Part shown: piece after piece, positions 17,958-28,330 of the stretch
How the letters are laid out: the number at the start of each line of letters is the position of its first letter
How positions within the stretch are numbered: the first letter of the stretch is position 1
Source of the DNA: an uncultured Gemmatimonadales bacterium
Lineage (GTDB): Bacteria; Gemmatimonadota; Gemmatimonadetes; Gemmatimonadales; Gemmatimonadaceae
DNA length: 64,000 nt
NCBI GenBank assembly: GCA_963793305.1
Contig: CAWBZV010000005.1
Span: 928,001 to 992,000, forward strand
Direction of reading: 5' to 3'
Made by a program: the position numbers and the translations under genes
The notes under the pieces: model-generated
What the model was told of the DNA's origin: nothing
The model's input: only the letters and a program-made list of their open reading frames with translations
Databases searched by the model: none

Positions 17958-20456
17958 ATGACAAAACGTGCCTGGTTGATCGTCGGTGCATTCAGCGCCG
18001 CCGCTTGCGCGCAAACGCCGAAGCCGTCAGTCGGCGTCACCCCCGCCGCCGCTCCCAAAGCCGATTCGGCTGAGCCGATTAAGGCCTACGACAAGGTCAT
18101 CACGTCGAAGGCCATCACACACGTTGGTCTCATCACGACGCACCAGCTCGACGACAAACTCTACTTCGAGCCGCCACGGACGGTTCTCGGAACCGACATG
18201 CTGCTCGTCACGAGTGTCGCCCGCGCCAGTACCGGGCAAACGAAGCAGTACGGCGGAGACTGGGTCCGTAACTACGTCGTGCGCTGGGATCGCATCGGCC
18301 ACCGCGTCGTCCTGCGGAGCGTCGGCTACGATGTCGTCGCCGATACGACGCTCCCCGTTGCCCGTGCGGTTCGCGGATCGAACTACCCGACAGTGATCGC
18401 CTCGTTTCCGATCGAGACGTTCGGCCCGGACTCGGCGCCCGTCTTCGAAGTGTCGAAGCTCTACACGACGGGCGTGACCGAGATGGCCGCCTTCAAGGAA
18501 CGGCTCGATGACAAGCGCTCGTTCGTCGAGCGCGTCCAAGCCTTTCCCGATAACGTAGAAATCGAAGGCACGCAAACTCAGGGTGGGGACGCGAAACACT
18601 CGACCGAAAGCGTCCTCGCGCACTGGAGCATGGTGCGGCTCCCCGCCGATCCGATGATTCCTCGTCGCGCCGACCCGCGCGTCGGATATTTCACGGTCCA
18701 ACAGACCGACTATGGCACAACCGAACAGCGTTCAGCGAAGCGCGAGTACATCGGCCGCTGGCGTTTGGTAAAGAAGGACCCCTCAGCCGCCGTATCGGAG
18801 CCGGTCAAGCCGATTGTCTACTACGTCGATGCGGGGACGCCAGCCCAATGGGTGCCGTGGATCAAGAAGGGCATTGAAGACTGGCAACCTGCTTTCGCCG
18901 CCGCGGGATTCTCTCACGCGATCATCGCCCGCGAAGCGCCAACGAACGACTCCACGTGGTCGCCGGACGATGTGCGCCACACCGTCATCCGCTGGCTCCC
19001 GTCGACTGTGGAAAACGCCTACGGTCCTCAACTGGTCGACCCGCGCACGGGCGAAGTGCTGAACGGCTCCGTGCGCATGTTCCACAACGTGATGAATCTG
19101 TTGAGAGACTGGTATACCGTGCAGGTAGCGCCACTCGACGCTCGTGCGCAACGCTGGCCGCTACCCGATAGCCTGATGGGTTATCTCCTGGAAGGTGTCG
19201 TGGCACACGAAGTGGGCCACACGCTCGGTCTCCGTCACAACATGCAGGCGTCGAGCGAGTATCCCGCCGACAGCGTCCGCAGCCGCACATGGGTCCACAA
19301 GATGGGCCACACGTCGAGCGTGATGGACTACGCGCGCTACGACTACGTGGCGCAACCGGAAGACTCGATCAACGTCAACGATCTGGTCTTCCGTATCGGC
19401 CCCTACGACACGTTCGCGATACACTGGGGCTACGCGCCGGTCGCGGTCAACGAGTCCTCCCAGCCGGGTTCCGGCGCGCGCGCGCCAGGCGCGCTCACCG
19501 GCACCGCGGCGTCCGACGCCGAGCGTCCCACGCTCGACCGGTGGGCGATGGTGCAGGACACGGTACCATGGTTGCGGTTCTCGGAAGACTATGGTATCGG
19601 CGGCCCCGATCCCGGTGTCGAGACCGAGGCGGTCGGCGATGCCGATGCCGTCAAGTCCACGGGTCTTGGGTTCAAGAACATCGCGCGCATCGCGCCCATG
19701 ATCTCGCGCATCGCCACTCACGCGGGTGAGTCGGATAGCGATGTCGTCGAGCTCTACGACCGCCTCGTCGGCCAGTGGTCGCTCGAAGCCGGCCACGTGG
19801 CGCACATCGTGGGTGGCGAGTGGACGCGGCACAAGTCCGGGAGCCAGCCGGGCCCGGAATACGAGCCGATCAGCGCCGCGCGCCAGCGAGCCGCCGTGGC
19901 GTTCCTCGCGGACCAGGTCTGGCGGACGCCGAGCTATTTCCTGGATCGGAGTCTCTTATACCGCGTGGAGCCCGAGGGAGCGCTCGAGCGCTTGCGGCGG
20001 GCGCAGGCGTATCCGCTGCACGCGCTCCTGGAGGTCGATCGCATCCGCCGCATGACGGAAATCGCCGCGATCGCGCCGTCGGGTGGCGAGGTCTATGATG
20101 GGGCGGCGATGATGGCCAATGTCCGGCGCGCGCTTTGGTCGGAGCTCGACGCGAAAGAGGTCCGGGTCGACGCGTTCCGGCGGAATCTCGAGCGCGAGCA
20201 TCTGGTCGCACTCGACTCGCTCCTCAATCCGGCGCTGCCGCCAAAGGAAGACAAGTCAAACGACGGATCCGCCGCCACCAACGTCCCCGCCGTGCGTCCA
20301 AACGAGACCGACTCCCGCGCCCTCGCCCGCGGGGAGCTCGTCGCCATCCGCGACGCCGCACGAGCGGCGTTGCCCCGAGCGGCCGATCGGATCACGCGGC
20401 TCCATCTTCAAGAAACGATCGCGGAGGTCGATCAGAGTCTCGGCGAGAAGCCCTAA
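17958..20456 (+). CDS. zinc-dependent metalloprotease (DUF5117/DUF4953-type) lipoprotein
   Basis: HEVGHTLGLRHN, SSVMDY Met-turn, DPRVGYF, DPRTGE. Confidence 0.92.
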   Translation: MTKRAWLIVGAFSAAACAQTPKPSVGVTPAAAPKADSAEPIKAYDKVITSKAITHVGLITTHQLDDKLYFEPPRTVLGTDMLLVTSVARASTGQTKQYGGDWVRNYVVRWDRIGHRVVLRSVGYDVVADTTLPVARAVRGSNYPTVIASFPIETFGPDSAPVFEVSKLYTTGVTEMAAFKERLDDKRSFVERVQAFPDNVEIEGTQTQGGDAKHSTESVLAHWSMVRLPADPMIPRRADPRVGYFTVQQTDYGTTEQRSAKREYIGRWRLVKKDPSAAVSEPVKPIVYYVDAGTPAQWVPWIKKGIEDWQPAFAAAGFSHAIIAREAPTNDSTWSPDDVRHTVIRWLPSTVENAYGPQLVDPRTGEVLNGSVRMFHNVMNLLRDWYTVQVAPLDARAQRWPLPDSLMGYLLEGVVAHEVGHTLGLRHNMQASSEYPADSVRSRTWVHKMGHTSSVMDYARYDYVAQPEDSINVNDLVFRIGPYDTFAIHWGYAPVAVNESSQPGSGARAPGALTGTAASDAERPTLDRWAMVQDTVPWLRFSEDYGIGGPDPGVETEAVGDADAVKSTGLGFKNIARIAPMISRIATHAGESDSDVVELYDRLVGQWSLEAGHVAHIVGGEWTRHKSGSQPGPEYEPISAARQRAAVAFLADQVWRTPSYFLDRSLLYRVEPEGALERLRRAQAYPLHALLEVDRIRRMTEIAAIAPSGGEVYDGAAMMANVRRALWSELDAKEVRVDAFRRNLEREHLVALDSLLNPALPPKEDKSNDGSAATNVPAVRPNETDSRALARGELVAIRDAARAALPRAADRITRLHLQETIAEVDQSLGEKP

Positions 20457-20538
20457 GAACGTCTTGGTCAGCGCGAAGGCGTCGGCAACGGTCAACATGG
20501 TTCTGGCCAATGCCGGCGCGGGGCCCTAGCGTGTTCGC

Positions 20539-21366
20539 ATGATGAAGCGCTTGGGCGTAGCGCTGGTCGCGCTCAGCAGCAGCGTGGCCAGCGCACAGGG
20601 CCGGCCGTTCTCGTTCACGGTGCCGTTTCCGGACGAGACGCCCCAGGCCGTGGTCCGGTATGACGGGGGTTGGAGCAATGGCTCGTTCGAGCCGCTCTCT
20701 GGCGACCATATCCAGCAGACCTCGGAGCTGGACTCGCCAATTGGCTCGCGCGTGCTCCTCATGATGTCGGGTGGTGAGGCGTTTTTAGGTCCCGCCGCCA
20801 GCCGCCAGCTGGAGCCGAAGAGTCCCACCAGACGCTCGATGGAGCAGGTCGAGACGCTCGTCGACGTGCTGCGATTCTCAGGCTGGCACTTGGCTGCGAG
20901 CGCGGGCGCGAGGCACGATTTCGACGGGAGTGTGATGGCCTTGAGCCGGTTGAGCCTCAGTCGGACAGCGGCGACGTGGTCGTTCGCCGCGAACGTGTAC
21001 GCCACCAAGCCTGTCCAGGGCGCTGTCCTGAGCCCCAAGGGAATTCCATGGGCCAACGTCACGGCCTCGGTCGGCGCCACCAGGAACGTGACACCGGGCG
21101 TGAGCCTCGGCATAGAGACAGTCGCGGGCAATGCCGAGAGTCTCTTGTCGCACGGGCTCACCGGATCGGCGGCGATATTGATCGCCCCGCTCGCCTCATT
21201 CGCGCTGCCGGGTCATCGCGCACGCCTGACCGTGAGTGGCGGGCCGATCGTACAGCCGTACAACGGCGGTGTATCGTCCTTTGAATCGATCGGCAAGTAC
21301 TCCACGCCGATGCATGTGCGGCAAACCGGTTACAACCTGCGCCTCGCGGTGAGCTTCGGGCTCTAG
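20539..21366 (+). CDS. exported hypothetical protein (possible beta-barrel)
   Basis: Signal peptide ASA-Q, amphipathic beta strands, C-terminal LAVSFGL. Confidence 0.65.
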   Translation: MMKRLGVALVALSSSVASAQGRPFSFTVPFPDETPQAVVRYDGGWSNGSFEPLSGDHIQQTSELDSPIGSRVLLMMSGGEAFLGPAASRQLEPKSPTRRSMEQVETLVDVLRFSGWHLAASAGARHDFDGSVMALSRLSLSRTAATWSFAANVYATKPVQGAVLSPKGIPWANVTASVGATRNVTPGVSLGIETVAGNAESLLSHGLTGSAAILIAPLASFALPGHRARLTVSGGPIVQPYNGGVSSFESIGKYSTPMHVRQTGYNLRLAVSFGL

Positions 21367-21379
21367 TACAATTTCGGGC

Positions 21380-21841
21380 ATGACAGTGCCTAGCGCGGGC
21401 CAGCCCGCACCGGATTTCACGCTCGCCTCGACGAGCGGTCAGAACGTCACGCTCTCCTCGTTCCGCGGAAAGAACAACGTGCTGTTGGCGTTCTTTCCGC
21501 TGGCGTTTACGAGCACGTGTACCGCCGAGCTCTGCGAGTTTCGCGATAACTTCGATGCCTTTATCGGGAAGGGCGTAGAGATTCTCCCGATCAGCGTCGA
21601 CTCCGTGCCGACGCTGGCCGAGTTCAAGGCCAAGCATCAGTTCAAGACTGATCTCGTCAGCGACTTCAAACGCGAGGCCTCAAACGCCTACGGCGTGCTG
21701 TTGCCCGACAAGTTCTTCTCGAATCGCGCGTACTTCTTGATCGACAAGAGCGGCACCGTTCGGTGGGCTCACGTCGAGGCTACGCCTGGGCAGAAGCGCG
21801 AGACGAACGAGATCTTCGGCGAGATCGCGAAGCTGAAATAG
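21380..21841 (+). CDS. peroxiredoxin (AhpE/BCP-like redoxin)
   Basis: [34 protein letters not shown]. Confidence 0.92.
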   Translation: MTVPSAGQPAPDFTLASTSGQNVTLSSFRGKNNVLLAFFPLAFTSTCTAELCEFRDNFDAFIGKGVEILPISVDSVPTLAEFKAKHQFKTDLVSDFKREASNAYGVLLPDKFFSNRAYFLIDKSGTVRWAHVEATPGQKRETNEIFGEIAKLK

Positions 21842-21850
21842 CACGCAGCA

Positions 21851-21975
21851 CGCTGTGCCACTGCTCGCTGTGCCACTGCTCGCTGTGCCACTGCTCGCTG
21901 CATCACTGCTCGCTGTGCCACTGCTCGCTGCACCACTGCTCGCTGCACCACTGCTCGCTGCACCACTGCTCGCTG
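21851..21975. repeat. 15-bp tandem repeat, 8.3 copies
   Basis: Unit CGCTGNNNCACTGCT with NNN = TGC,TGC,TGC,CAT,TGC,CAC,CAC,CAC. Confidence 0.95.
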
Positions 21976-21980
21976 CGCGA

Positions 21981-22052
21981 GCGCCCGACGACGTATCGGC
22001 TCCGGCGATGTTCGGTACAGCAGATCGCCTGCGCCGATACGTCGTCGGGCGC
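21981..22052. repeat. long hairpin / REP-doublet-like element
   Basis: 20-bp perfect arms GCGCCCGACGACGTATCGGC (21981-22000) and its reverse complement (22033-22052); inner GGCGAT/ATCGCC stem. Confidence 0.85.
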
Positions 22053-22126
22053 CCTTTGGCTCAGCCCCGGAACAATTCGCCCATGTGCACGGTTGCGCGT
22101 CTTTCCGCCATGCTAACAATGAGCAG

Positions 22127-22154
22127 CACACGGTCGCGCGAAGCGCGCTGTGTG
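22127..22154 (-). terminator. hairpin downstream of hsp20
   Basis: CACACGG-T-CGCGC-GAA-GCGCG-CTGTGTG. Confidence 0.45.
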
Positions 22155-22179
22155 ATTCGCGTCGTGTTATGCGCGCCGA

Positions 22180-22569
22180 TTACGCGGCGGTCTTGATCTC
22201 GATCTTACGTGGAGCGGGAACCGCAGCCTTCGGAACCCGAATGGTCAGCACGCCATTCGCGTACTGCGCGTCGATCTTGCTCTCGTCCAGCCCCTTAGGC
22301 ATACGGAACGACCGCGTGAACGAGCCAAACGTCCGCTCGACGAGGTGATACCGCGTCTCGGTATCGCCCTCTTTACGAGTCGACTTCTTCTCACCTTTCA
22401 CGGTGAGCACGCCATTCTCATACGTGATCTCGACCGCACTCGGATCGATACCGGGCAATTCGACCGTGATGCCCACGTGGCTCGCCGACTCATTGACGTC
22501 GACGACCGGCGCCCAGCCCCCGAGCAGCAGCTCGCGCTGGTTGGCCCACCGCGTCCGATAGATAGTCAT
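22180..22569 (-). CDS. Hsp20/alpha-crystallin small heat-shock protein
   Basis: PVVDVNE, ELPGID, ERTFGSFTRSF, NGVLTIRVPK, IEI. Confidence 0.93.
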   Translation of the reverse strand: MTIYRTRWANQRELLLGGWAPVVDVNESASHVGITVELPGIDPSAVEITYENGVLTVKGEKKSTRKEGDTETRYHLVERTFGSFTRSFRMPKGLDESKIDAQYANGVLTIRVPKAAVPAPRKIEIKTAA

Positions 22570-22754
22570 ATGTATTCCCCAATGTTGAATTGTGATCAGT
22601 TATCGCATAACTGGGATGGCAACGTCCATTCCCACTTGAGCTTGCCATTTCGGCCTACAGCATCTGCCGACGCTGATGTGCTCTGCGTCACTTTTGCAGC
22701 CGTGACCTTTCGGCTACTTTTTCGGTCAGCTTGTCCGAGGGGGATACCGTTCTC

Positions 22755-23939
22755 ATGGTCGAGACGACCGCACCACAACCAATCGCGGAGGCCGCTCTGG
22801 CCGCCGTGAAAGCCGAGCTCGCTTCAGCGGACGTCCCAGCGGACGTCACGCGAAGAGTGCTCGATGTGGTGCATGCCGCCCTCGCCGAGGAACGGCACTT
22901 CCTGACCAAGATCGTGGATTCGTTGCCGTTGGGTCTCTACGCGGTGGACCGGGAGTACCGGGTGCAAGCGTGGAACCGTAAGCGGGAGTCCGGAATGCAG
23001 GGCATCGCCCGCGGCAACGCGCTGGGCCGTACGATCTTTGAGATCCTCCACAGGCAGCCCGCCGAGTCGCTGAAGCAAGAGATCGACCGAGTGTTCGCGA
23101 CCGGCGAGCTGGAGCAGTTCGAGACCGAGTCGCGAGCGAGCGGCGAGGCAAGGACGTACCGGATCTCGAAGATCCCGATGCACCTCCACGCGGGCGACGA
23201 TGTCACCCACGTGATCACGGTCGGCGAAGACATCACGGAGTGGAAAGAAGCGCTGCAGCGCGTGGCCCAGGCGGAAAAAATGGCTGCCATCGGGCAACTT
23301 GCCGCCGGCGTAATGCACGAGATCAACAATCCGCTCGCCACGATCTCGGCCTGCGCCGAGAGCCTTACGCTCGAGCTCGGCGACCTTGAGTACCTGAAGT
23401 TCATTGACGCCGAGGTCGAACGCTGCAAGCGCATCATCGATGGGCTGCTCGACTTCAGCCGCAAGCGCTCGTTCTCGAAAGAGCCGGTCGAGATCAACGC
23501 GACCGTCGAGCGCACGCTATTTCTCCTGTCGCACCATGCCCGCTTCAAGCGCATGGCGGTAACCAGAGTGCTCGGCCCCAAGGCGATCGTGAGCGCCAAC
23601 GCGGACCAGCTCATCCAGATCTTCATGGCGCTGCTGCTCAACGCCGCCAATGCCACCGAGCAAAAGGGACAGCAGGCGAACGTTACGGTGCGCACGAGCG
23701 TAGCGAGTGCGACCGTCAAAATAGAGATCATCGACAACGGCGTGGGCATCCCACGCTCCGAAGTCGGCAAGCTGTTCGAGCCGTTCTACACGACAAAACC
23801 CCCCGGGCGTGGAACCGGCCTGGGGCTCTCGATCTGCTACGGACTGGTCGCCGAGCACGGCGGCCGGCTCGAAGTCGAGAGCACTCCCGGATCAGGGAGC
23901 ACGTTCCGCATCGTCCTGCCCATGGAATCCGTCGTATGA
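22755..23939 (+). CDS. PAS-domain sensor histidine kinase (NtrB-like)
   Basis: PAS region, EKMAAIGQLAAGVMHEINNPL, FEPFYTTK, GTGLGL. Confidence 0.92.
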   Translation: MVETTAPQPIAEAALAAVKAELASADVPADVTRRVLDVVHAALAEERHFLTKIVDSLPLGLYAVDREYRVQAWNRKRESGMQGIARGNALGRTIFEILHRQPAESLKQEIDRVFATGELEQFETESRASGEARTYRISKIPMHLHAGDDVTHVITVGEDITEWKEALQRVAQAEKMAAIGQLAAGVMHEINNPLATISACAESLTLELGDLEYLKFIDAEVERCKRIIDGLLDFSRKRSFSKEPVEINATVERTLFLLSHHARFKRMAVTRVLGPKAIVSANADQLIQIFMALLLNAANATEQKGQQANVTVRTSVASATVKIEIIDNGVGIPRSEVGKLFEPFYTTKPPGRGTGLGLSICYGLVAEHGGRLEVESTPGSGSTFRIVLPMESVV

Positions 23940-25364
23940 AAGAGCCTTCGCACATCAAGATTCTGATCGCCGAAGATGAGGAGATGCTCGGCGGCGTGCT
24001 GCAGCAATTTCTGACCGGCAAAGGTCACCAGGTCACGGTGACGCATGACGGTCGATCGGCGCTCGAAGCGCTCAAACGCGAGGAGTTCGACGTCGCCCTC
24101 CTCGACATCGTGATGCCGGAGCTCGATGGCCTCGAGGTGCTCCGTCATCTCCAAGAGGAGCCGAATCCTCCCCAAGTGATCATTATCACGGGGAACGGCA
24201 CGATCGAAACGGCCATCACGGCGATCCGCCTGGGCGCCTACGACTATCTGTCGAAGCCCTACCGGATGGCGGAGATCGACGTGCTCGTGCGTCGCGCATG
24301 GGAAAAGCGCCGGCTGGCCACCGAAAACGCGCTGTTGCAACGCCACCTGGAACGCGCGAACGGCGTTCCGGAGATCGTCACGCGATACGCCCCGATGCAA
24401 GCGGTGCTGGCGCTCGTGGAACGGGTAGCAAAAAGCGACTCGCCAGTTCTAATCACGGGCGAATCCGGTACCGGCAAGGAACTCGTAGCCCGTGCACTCC
24501 ACCGTCTCTCCGAACGCTCATCGGGCCCGTTGGTCGACGTCGACTGCGCTTCGACGACGGACGCGCTGACGATGGAGAGCGAGTTATTCGGTCATGAGAA
24601 GGGCGCGCTCCCGGGCGTACTGAAGCGGAAAACAGGTCTCTTCGAGCTGGCATCTCGGCGGCACCCTGTTCCTCGACGAAATCGGTGATCTCGATCTCCG
24701 CGTACAGGGAAAGCTGTTGCGCGCGCTCGAGAGCGGGGGCTATACCCGTCTCGGCGGGTCGCAGAAGCTCGATGTCGACTTCCGCGTCGTCGCTGCCACC
24801 AAGCGAGACATTCGCGAAGATGTCATGGACCGCAAATTCCGGAGCGACCTGTTTTTCCGGATCAACACGATCAGCATCACGCTCCCGCCGCTGCGCGATC
24901 GAGTCGTCGATATCCCGATCCTGGCCCAGCACTATCTCAAGCATTTCGGCGGCCAAACCCCGCCGACGCTGAACGATGACGCCATCGCGGCCATGGAGAC
25001 GTACCCCTGGCCCGGCAACATCCGGGAGCTCAAGAATGTCATTGAGCGGGCGGTGCTGCTGGCCAATGGTGGCAACATCGCGCGGCGGGATCTCCCGTTG
25101 TCCAATGGCACGGCGTTGGCCGCGGCCGCGGCGACGAACTCGGCGCCGCACGCGACGAACGGCCCGCATGGCGCCCCGCCGTACGTCGGCGACGAGAATG
25201 GCAAGAGCCTCTCGCTGGCCGAGCTGGAACGCCGGCACATCGAGGCCGTATTGAATCGCGCGAACTGGCACCAGGGCCGCGCGGCGGCGCAACTCGGGAT
25301 CTCGTCCAAGACCTTGTACCGGAAGATTCGGGAATACGGTTTCGTCCGCCCGCGGAACGTGTAG
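23936..25364 (+). CDS. NtrC-family response regulator, frameshift near 24655
   Basis: REC (EDE, LLDIVMP), GESGTGKE, WPGNIRELKN, HTH; ORFs 23936-24688 plus 24717-25364. Confidence 0.9.
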
Positions 25365-25373
25365 CTTGCGGAC

Positions 25374-26045
25374 ATGAAGATCCTCGTGATCGAGGACGAT
25401 CCAACCGTAGGGCAGTTCGTGAAGCGGGGATTGGAGGAGCAACGCTGGGGCGTCGATCTCGTTGGCGATGGCGAGGAGGGCGAACGCCTGGCCAGCTCCG
25501 ACAGCTACGACCTGGTCATCCTGGACATGCGGTTGCCCGGCAAGCCCGGGCTGCAGGTCCTGCACTCGCTTCGCGCGCGCGGCATCGTGGTCCCGGTCTT
25601 GGTCCTCACCGCGCAAGACGCGGTCGACGCGAAAGTCCAGACGCTCCGCGCCGGCGCCGACGACTACGTCACGAAGCCGTTCGCATTCGAGGAGCTCCTC
25701 GCCCGGGTCGAAGCCGTCTCCCGCCGGCCCCGCGCGCTGACGACACCCGCGCTTCGGATCGATGACCTCGTGCTCGACCGCGATACCCACGAAGTGCGGC
25801 GCGGCGAGACGGCGATCGAGCTCACGCCGAAGGAATACGCGGTGCTGGAGTATCTCGTGCGCCACGCCGGAAAGGTGATGAGCCGCACGCTGATCACCGA
25901 ATACGCGTGGGGCTATCACTTCGACCCGGGCACGAACATCGTCGACGTCGTGATCAATCACCTGCGCAAGAAGATCGACGCCGGCCACGACCACAAGCTG
26001 ATTCACACCGTCCGAGGCGTCGGTTACGTCGTAAAGGTCGGATAA
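25374..26045 (+). CDS. OmpR-family response regulator (CusR/CzcR-like)
   Basis: GADDYVTKPF, LTPKEY, NIVDVVINHLRKKID, TVRGVGY. Confidence 0.93.
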   Translation: MKILVIEDDPTVGQFVKRGLEEQRWGVDLVGDGEEGERLASSDSYDLVILDMRLPGKPGLQVLHSLRARGIVVPVLVLTAQDAVDAKVQTLRAGADDYVTKPFAFEELLARVEAVSRRPRALTTPALRIDDLVLDRDTHEVRRGETAIELTPKEYAVLEYLVRHAGKVMSRTLITEYAWGYHFDPGTNIVDVVINHLRKKIDAGHDHKLIHTVRGVGYVVKVG

Positions 26046-26051
26046 CGCACC

Positions 26052-27527
26052 ATGGCGAGTATTCGGGCGCAGCTGACAGCGGCGTACGCCGCCGCGCTCC
26101 TCACGACCGTCGCGGTGTTTGCCGCGATCTCCTACGCCACCACGCTCTCGGCCGATCGCACCGCGCGCCAGCACGCGTTGGAGCAGTACGTCGCGTCCGA
26201 AGCCGACCTCTTGCTCCGCACGGTGGAGCAGGCGGAAGCGAGTGGCGAGCCGCTCGTGACGTACACGACCGTCATCATCAACAAGAAGCTCGACAGCATT
26301 CCCAACGTGACCCCGAAGCTCCGGACCGTGCTCGAGGGCGTTCCGGACTACGCGCTCGTGCTCGACGCCAAGGGCCGCACGCTCTACAACTCGTTCGCGT
26401 TTCGCCAGCTCGATCAAGATGACCAAGTCGCGCTGAGCCAAGCCGCGCTCGCGCTGCGCGCCGACACGTTCCCGCCCGCGACCGTTAAGCTGCGCTCCCG
26501 TCAACTCCTGGTCATGGCCCGCAGCGTGCCCTCCGCCGGCCCGATCACGCGCGTCGTCGCGGGATCGGAGGCCAAGGACGAGGGCGTCGCGCCGATCGCG
26601 CTCGGCAGCGCGATCTTCATCGCAGCGCCGATCATCCTCTTGATCTCGATCGCGGCCGCCTACGTGATCGCCGGCCGGGCGTTCCGTCCGGTCGATGGGA
26701 TCATCAACGAAGTCGAGGCCATTACCGACGGCCGCAGCTTGCATCGCCGCCTGGCGCTCGACGGCTCGGGCGATGAGCTCACGCGGTTGACCCGCACGCT
26801 GAACGCAATGATCGAGCGCCTGGAAACATCGTTCGCCGCGCTGCGGCGCTTCACCGCGGATGCCAGCCACGAGCTCAAGACGCCGCTCACGGTCATGCGC
26901 GCCGACGTGGAGCGGGCGATGGCCATCCCACACGCCTCGACAGAGCAACTCGAAGCGCTTGAGGAAGCGCTGCGGGAAGTCAGGCGCATGTCAGATCTCG
27001 TGGACAGTCTCTTGACGTTGGCGCGCGCCGATGAGGGACGGTTCGATCTCATGCGTGAGCCCGTCCCACTCGAGCCCTTGGTTCGCGAGGTGTATGAAAC
27101 GGCGGTGATATTGGGTGAAGACGCCGGGATCAGCGTGTACCTGCCCGTGCTCGAAGACGTGACCGTTTCCGGCGATCCTACACGGCTCCGGCAGTTGTTT
27201 CTCAATCTGGTGACCAACGCCATCAAGTACACGCCGCGCGACGGACGCGTCGACTTGAGCCTTAGCAAACGGCTGGACGCGATCACCTTCACGGTGCGCG
27301 ACAGCGGTATCGGGATCGCCGCCAACGACTTGCCGCACATCTTCGATCGGTTCTGGCGCGCCGACCGCGTCCGTTCCCGCGCGTCCGAACGCGGCGGGTT
27401 CGGGCTGGGACTGGCCATCGCTCAATACATCGCGCACGCCCACGGTGGCTCGCTCACCGTCAGTTCTCGGCTCGGCCGTGGCAGCGTGTTTACCGTGACG
27501 CTCCCGATCGATTTAAGCAACTCTTAA
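26052..27527 (+). CDS. HAMP sensor histidine kinase
   Basis: Two TM helices, HAMP, DASHELKTPL, NLVTNAIKY, GFGLGLAI. Confidence 0.93.
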   Translation: MASIRAQLTAAYAAALLTTVAVFAAISYATTLSADRTARQHALEQYVASEADLLLRTVEQAEASGEPLVTYTTVIINKKLDSIPNVTPKLRTVLEGVPDYALVLDAKGRTLYNSFAFRQLDQDDQVALSQAALALRADTFPPATVKLRSRQLLVMARSVPSAGPITRVVAGSEAKDEGVAPIALGSAIFIAAPIILLISIAAAYVIAGRAFRPVDGIINEVEAITDGRSLHRRLALDGSGDELTRLTRTLNAMIERLETSFAALRRFTADASHELKTPLTVMRADVERAMAIPHASTEQLEALEEALREVRRMSDLVDSLLTLARADEGRFDLMREPVPLEPLVREVYETAVILGEDAGISVYLPVLEDVTVSGDPTRLRQLFLNLVTNAIKYTPRDGRVDLSLSKRLDAITFTVRDSGIGIAANDLPHIFDRFWRADRVRSRASERGGFGLGLAIAQYIAHAHGGSLTVSSRLGRGSVFTVTLPIDLSNS

Positions 27528-27607
27528 TCTCGTAATCATTCCGCCACAAATGTCGATGGCTAGCTTCTGGCCTTACGTGATCGAGTCTCACGCCGCCAGG
27601 AGCCCAA

Positions 27608-28312
27608 TTGTTCAACACGCTGTTGGAGTCGAGGCCCAAGAAGGAGAAGCGGGGAGGCGGGACCGTCTTTAGCGTCGTCATGCACACGCTTTTGATCGTC
27701 GGGGCCGCCGTCGCCACCGCCAATGCGGCCATCCACAACGAGAAGACGAAGGAAGAGAAGATCCAATTCGCCGAGGCCCCAAAGCCGGAGCCCCCGCCGC
27801 CGCCGAAGCAGGCGCCCCCGCCCGACGTGACGGTCGCTCCGCCGCCGCCCAAGGGCTTCCAGGTGCTGACCGCGCCGGTCAACATCCCCGACGTCCTGCC
27901 GAACGTCGACCTGTCGAAGAAGGTGACCGACGAGGCCGACTTCTCTGGTAAGGGCGTGGCCGGTGGTTCGTCGAAGGGCAAAGAAGGCGGCACAGGCGTT
28001 GTGACGGACCAACCCTACTTCGACTTCCAGGTCGAGAAGCAGGCCGGTCCAGTGCCGGGCAGTCCCACGCCGGAATACCCGGAGATGCTCCGGTCCGCGA
28101 ACATCGAGGGCGAGGTACTGGCGCAGTTCGTCGTCGACACGAGTGGCAAGGTCGACATGGTCACGTTCAAAGTGCTGAAGTCGACGAACGATGCGTTCAC
28201 CGACGCGGTCAAGCGCGCTATGCCCCGCATGAAGTTTTTCCCCGCCGAGATCGGTGGGCGCAAGGTGAAAGAGCTGGTCCAACAGCCCTACGCGTTCAAC
28301 CTGAGCAAGTAA
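27608..28312 (+). CDS. tonB: energy transducer TonB
   Basis: TM helix SVVMH, Pro-rich linker, YPEMLRSANIEGEV C-terminal domain. Confidence 0.9.
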   Translation: MFNTLLESRPKKEKRGGGTVFSVVMHTLLIVGAAVATANAAIHNEKTKEEKIQFAEAPKPEPPPPPKQAPPPDVTVAPPPPKGFQVLTAPVNIPDVLPNVDLSKKVTDEADFSGKGVAGGSSKGKEGGTGVVTDQPYFDFQVEKQAGPVPGSPTPEYPEMLRSANIEGEVLAQFVVDTSGKVDMVTFKVLKSTNDAFTDAVKRAMPRMKFFPAEIGGRKVKELVQQPYAFNLSK

Positions 28313-28330
28313 CCCCGAGGCGTCGTCACA

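Noticed and set aside
21851..21975. CRISPR array or multiheme cytochrome (repeated CxxCH)
   Set aside because: Units are contiguous 15-mers with no spacers and no cas genes. The CxxCH frame has no signal peptide, no RBS-supported start and no spacing between motifs.
22591..22692. CRP-like sites near hsp20 (TGTGA-N7-TCGCA; TGTGC-N6-TCACT)
   Set aside because: Wrong spacing or two mismatches; not distinguishable from chance.
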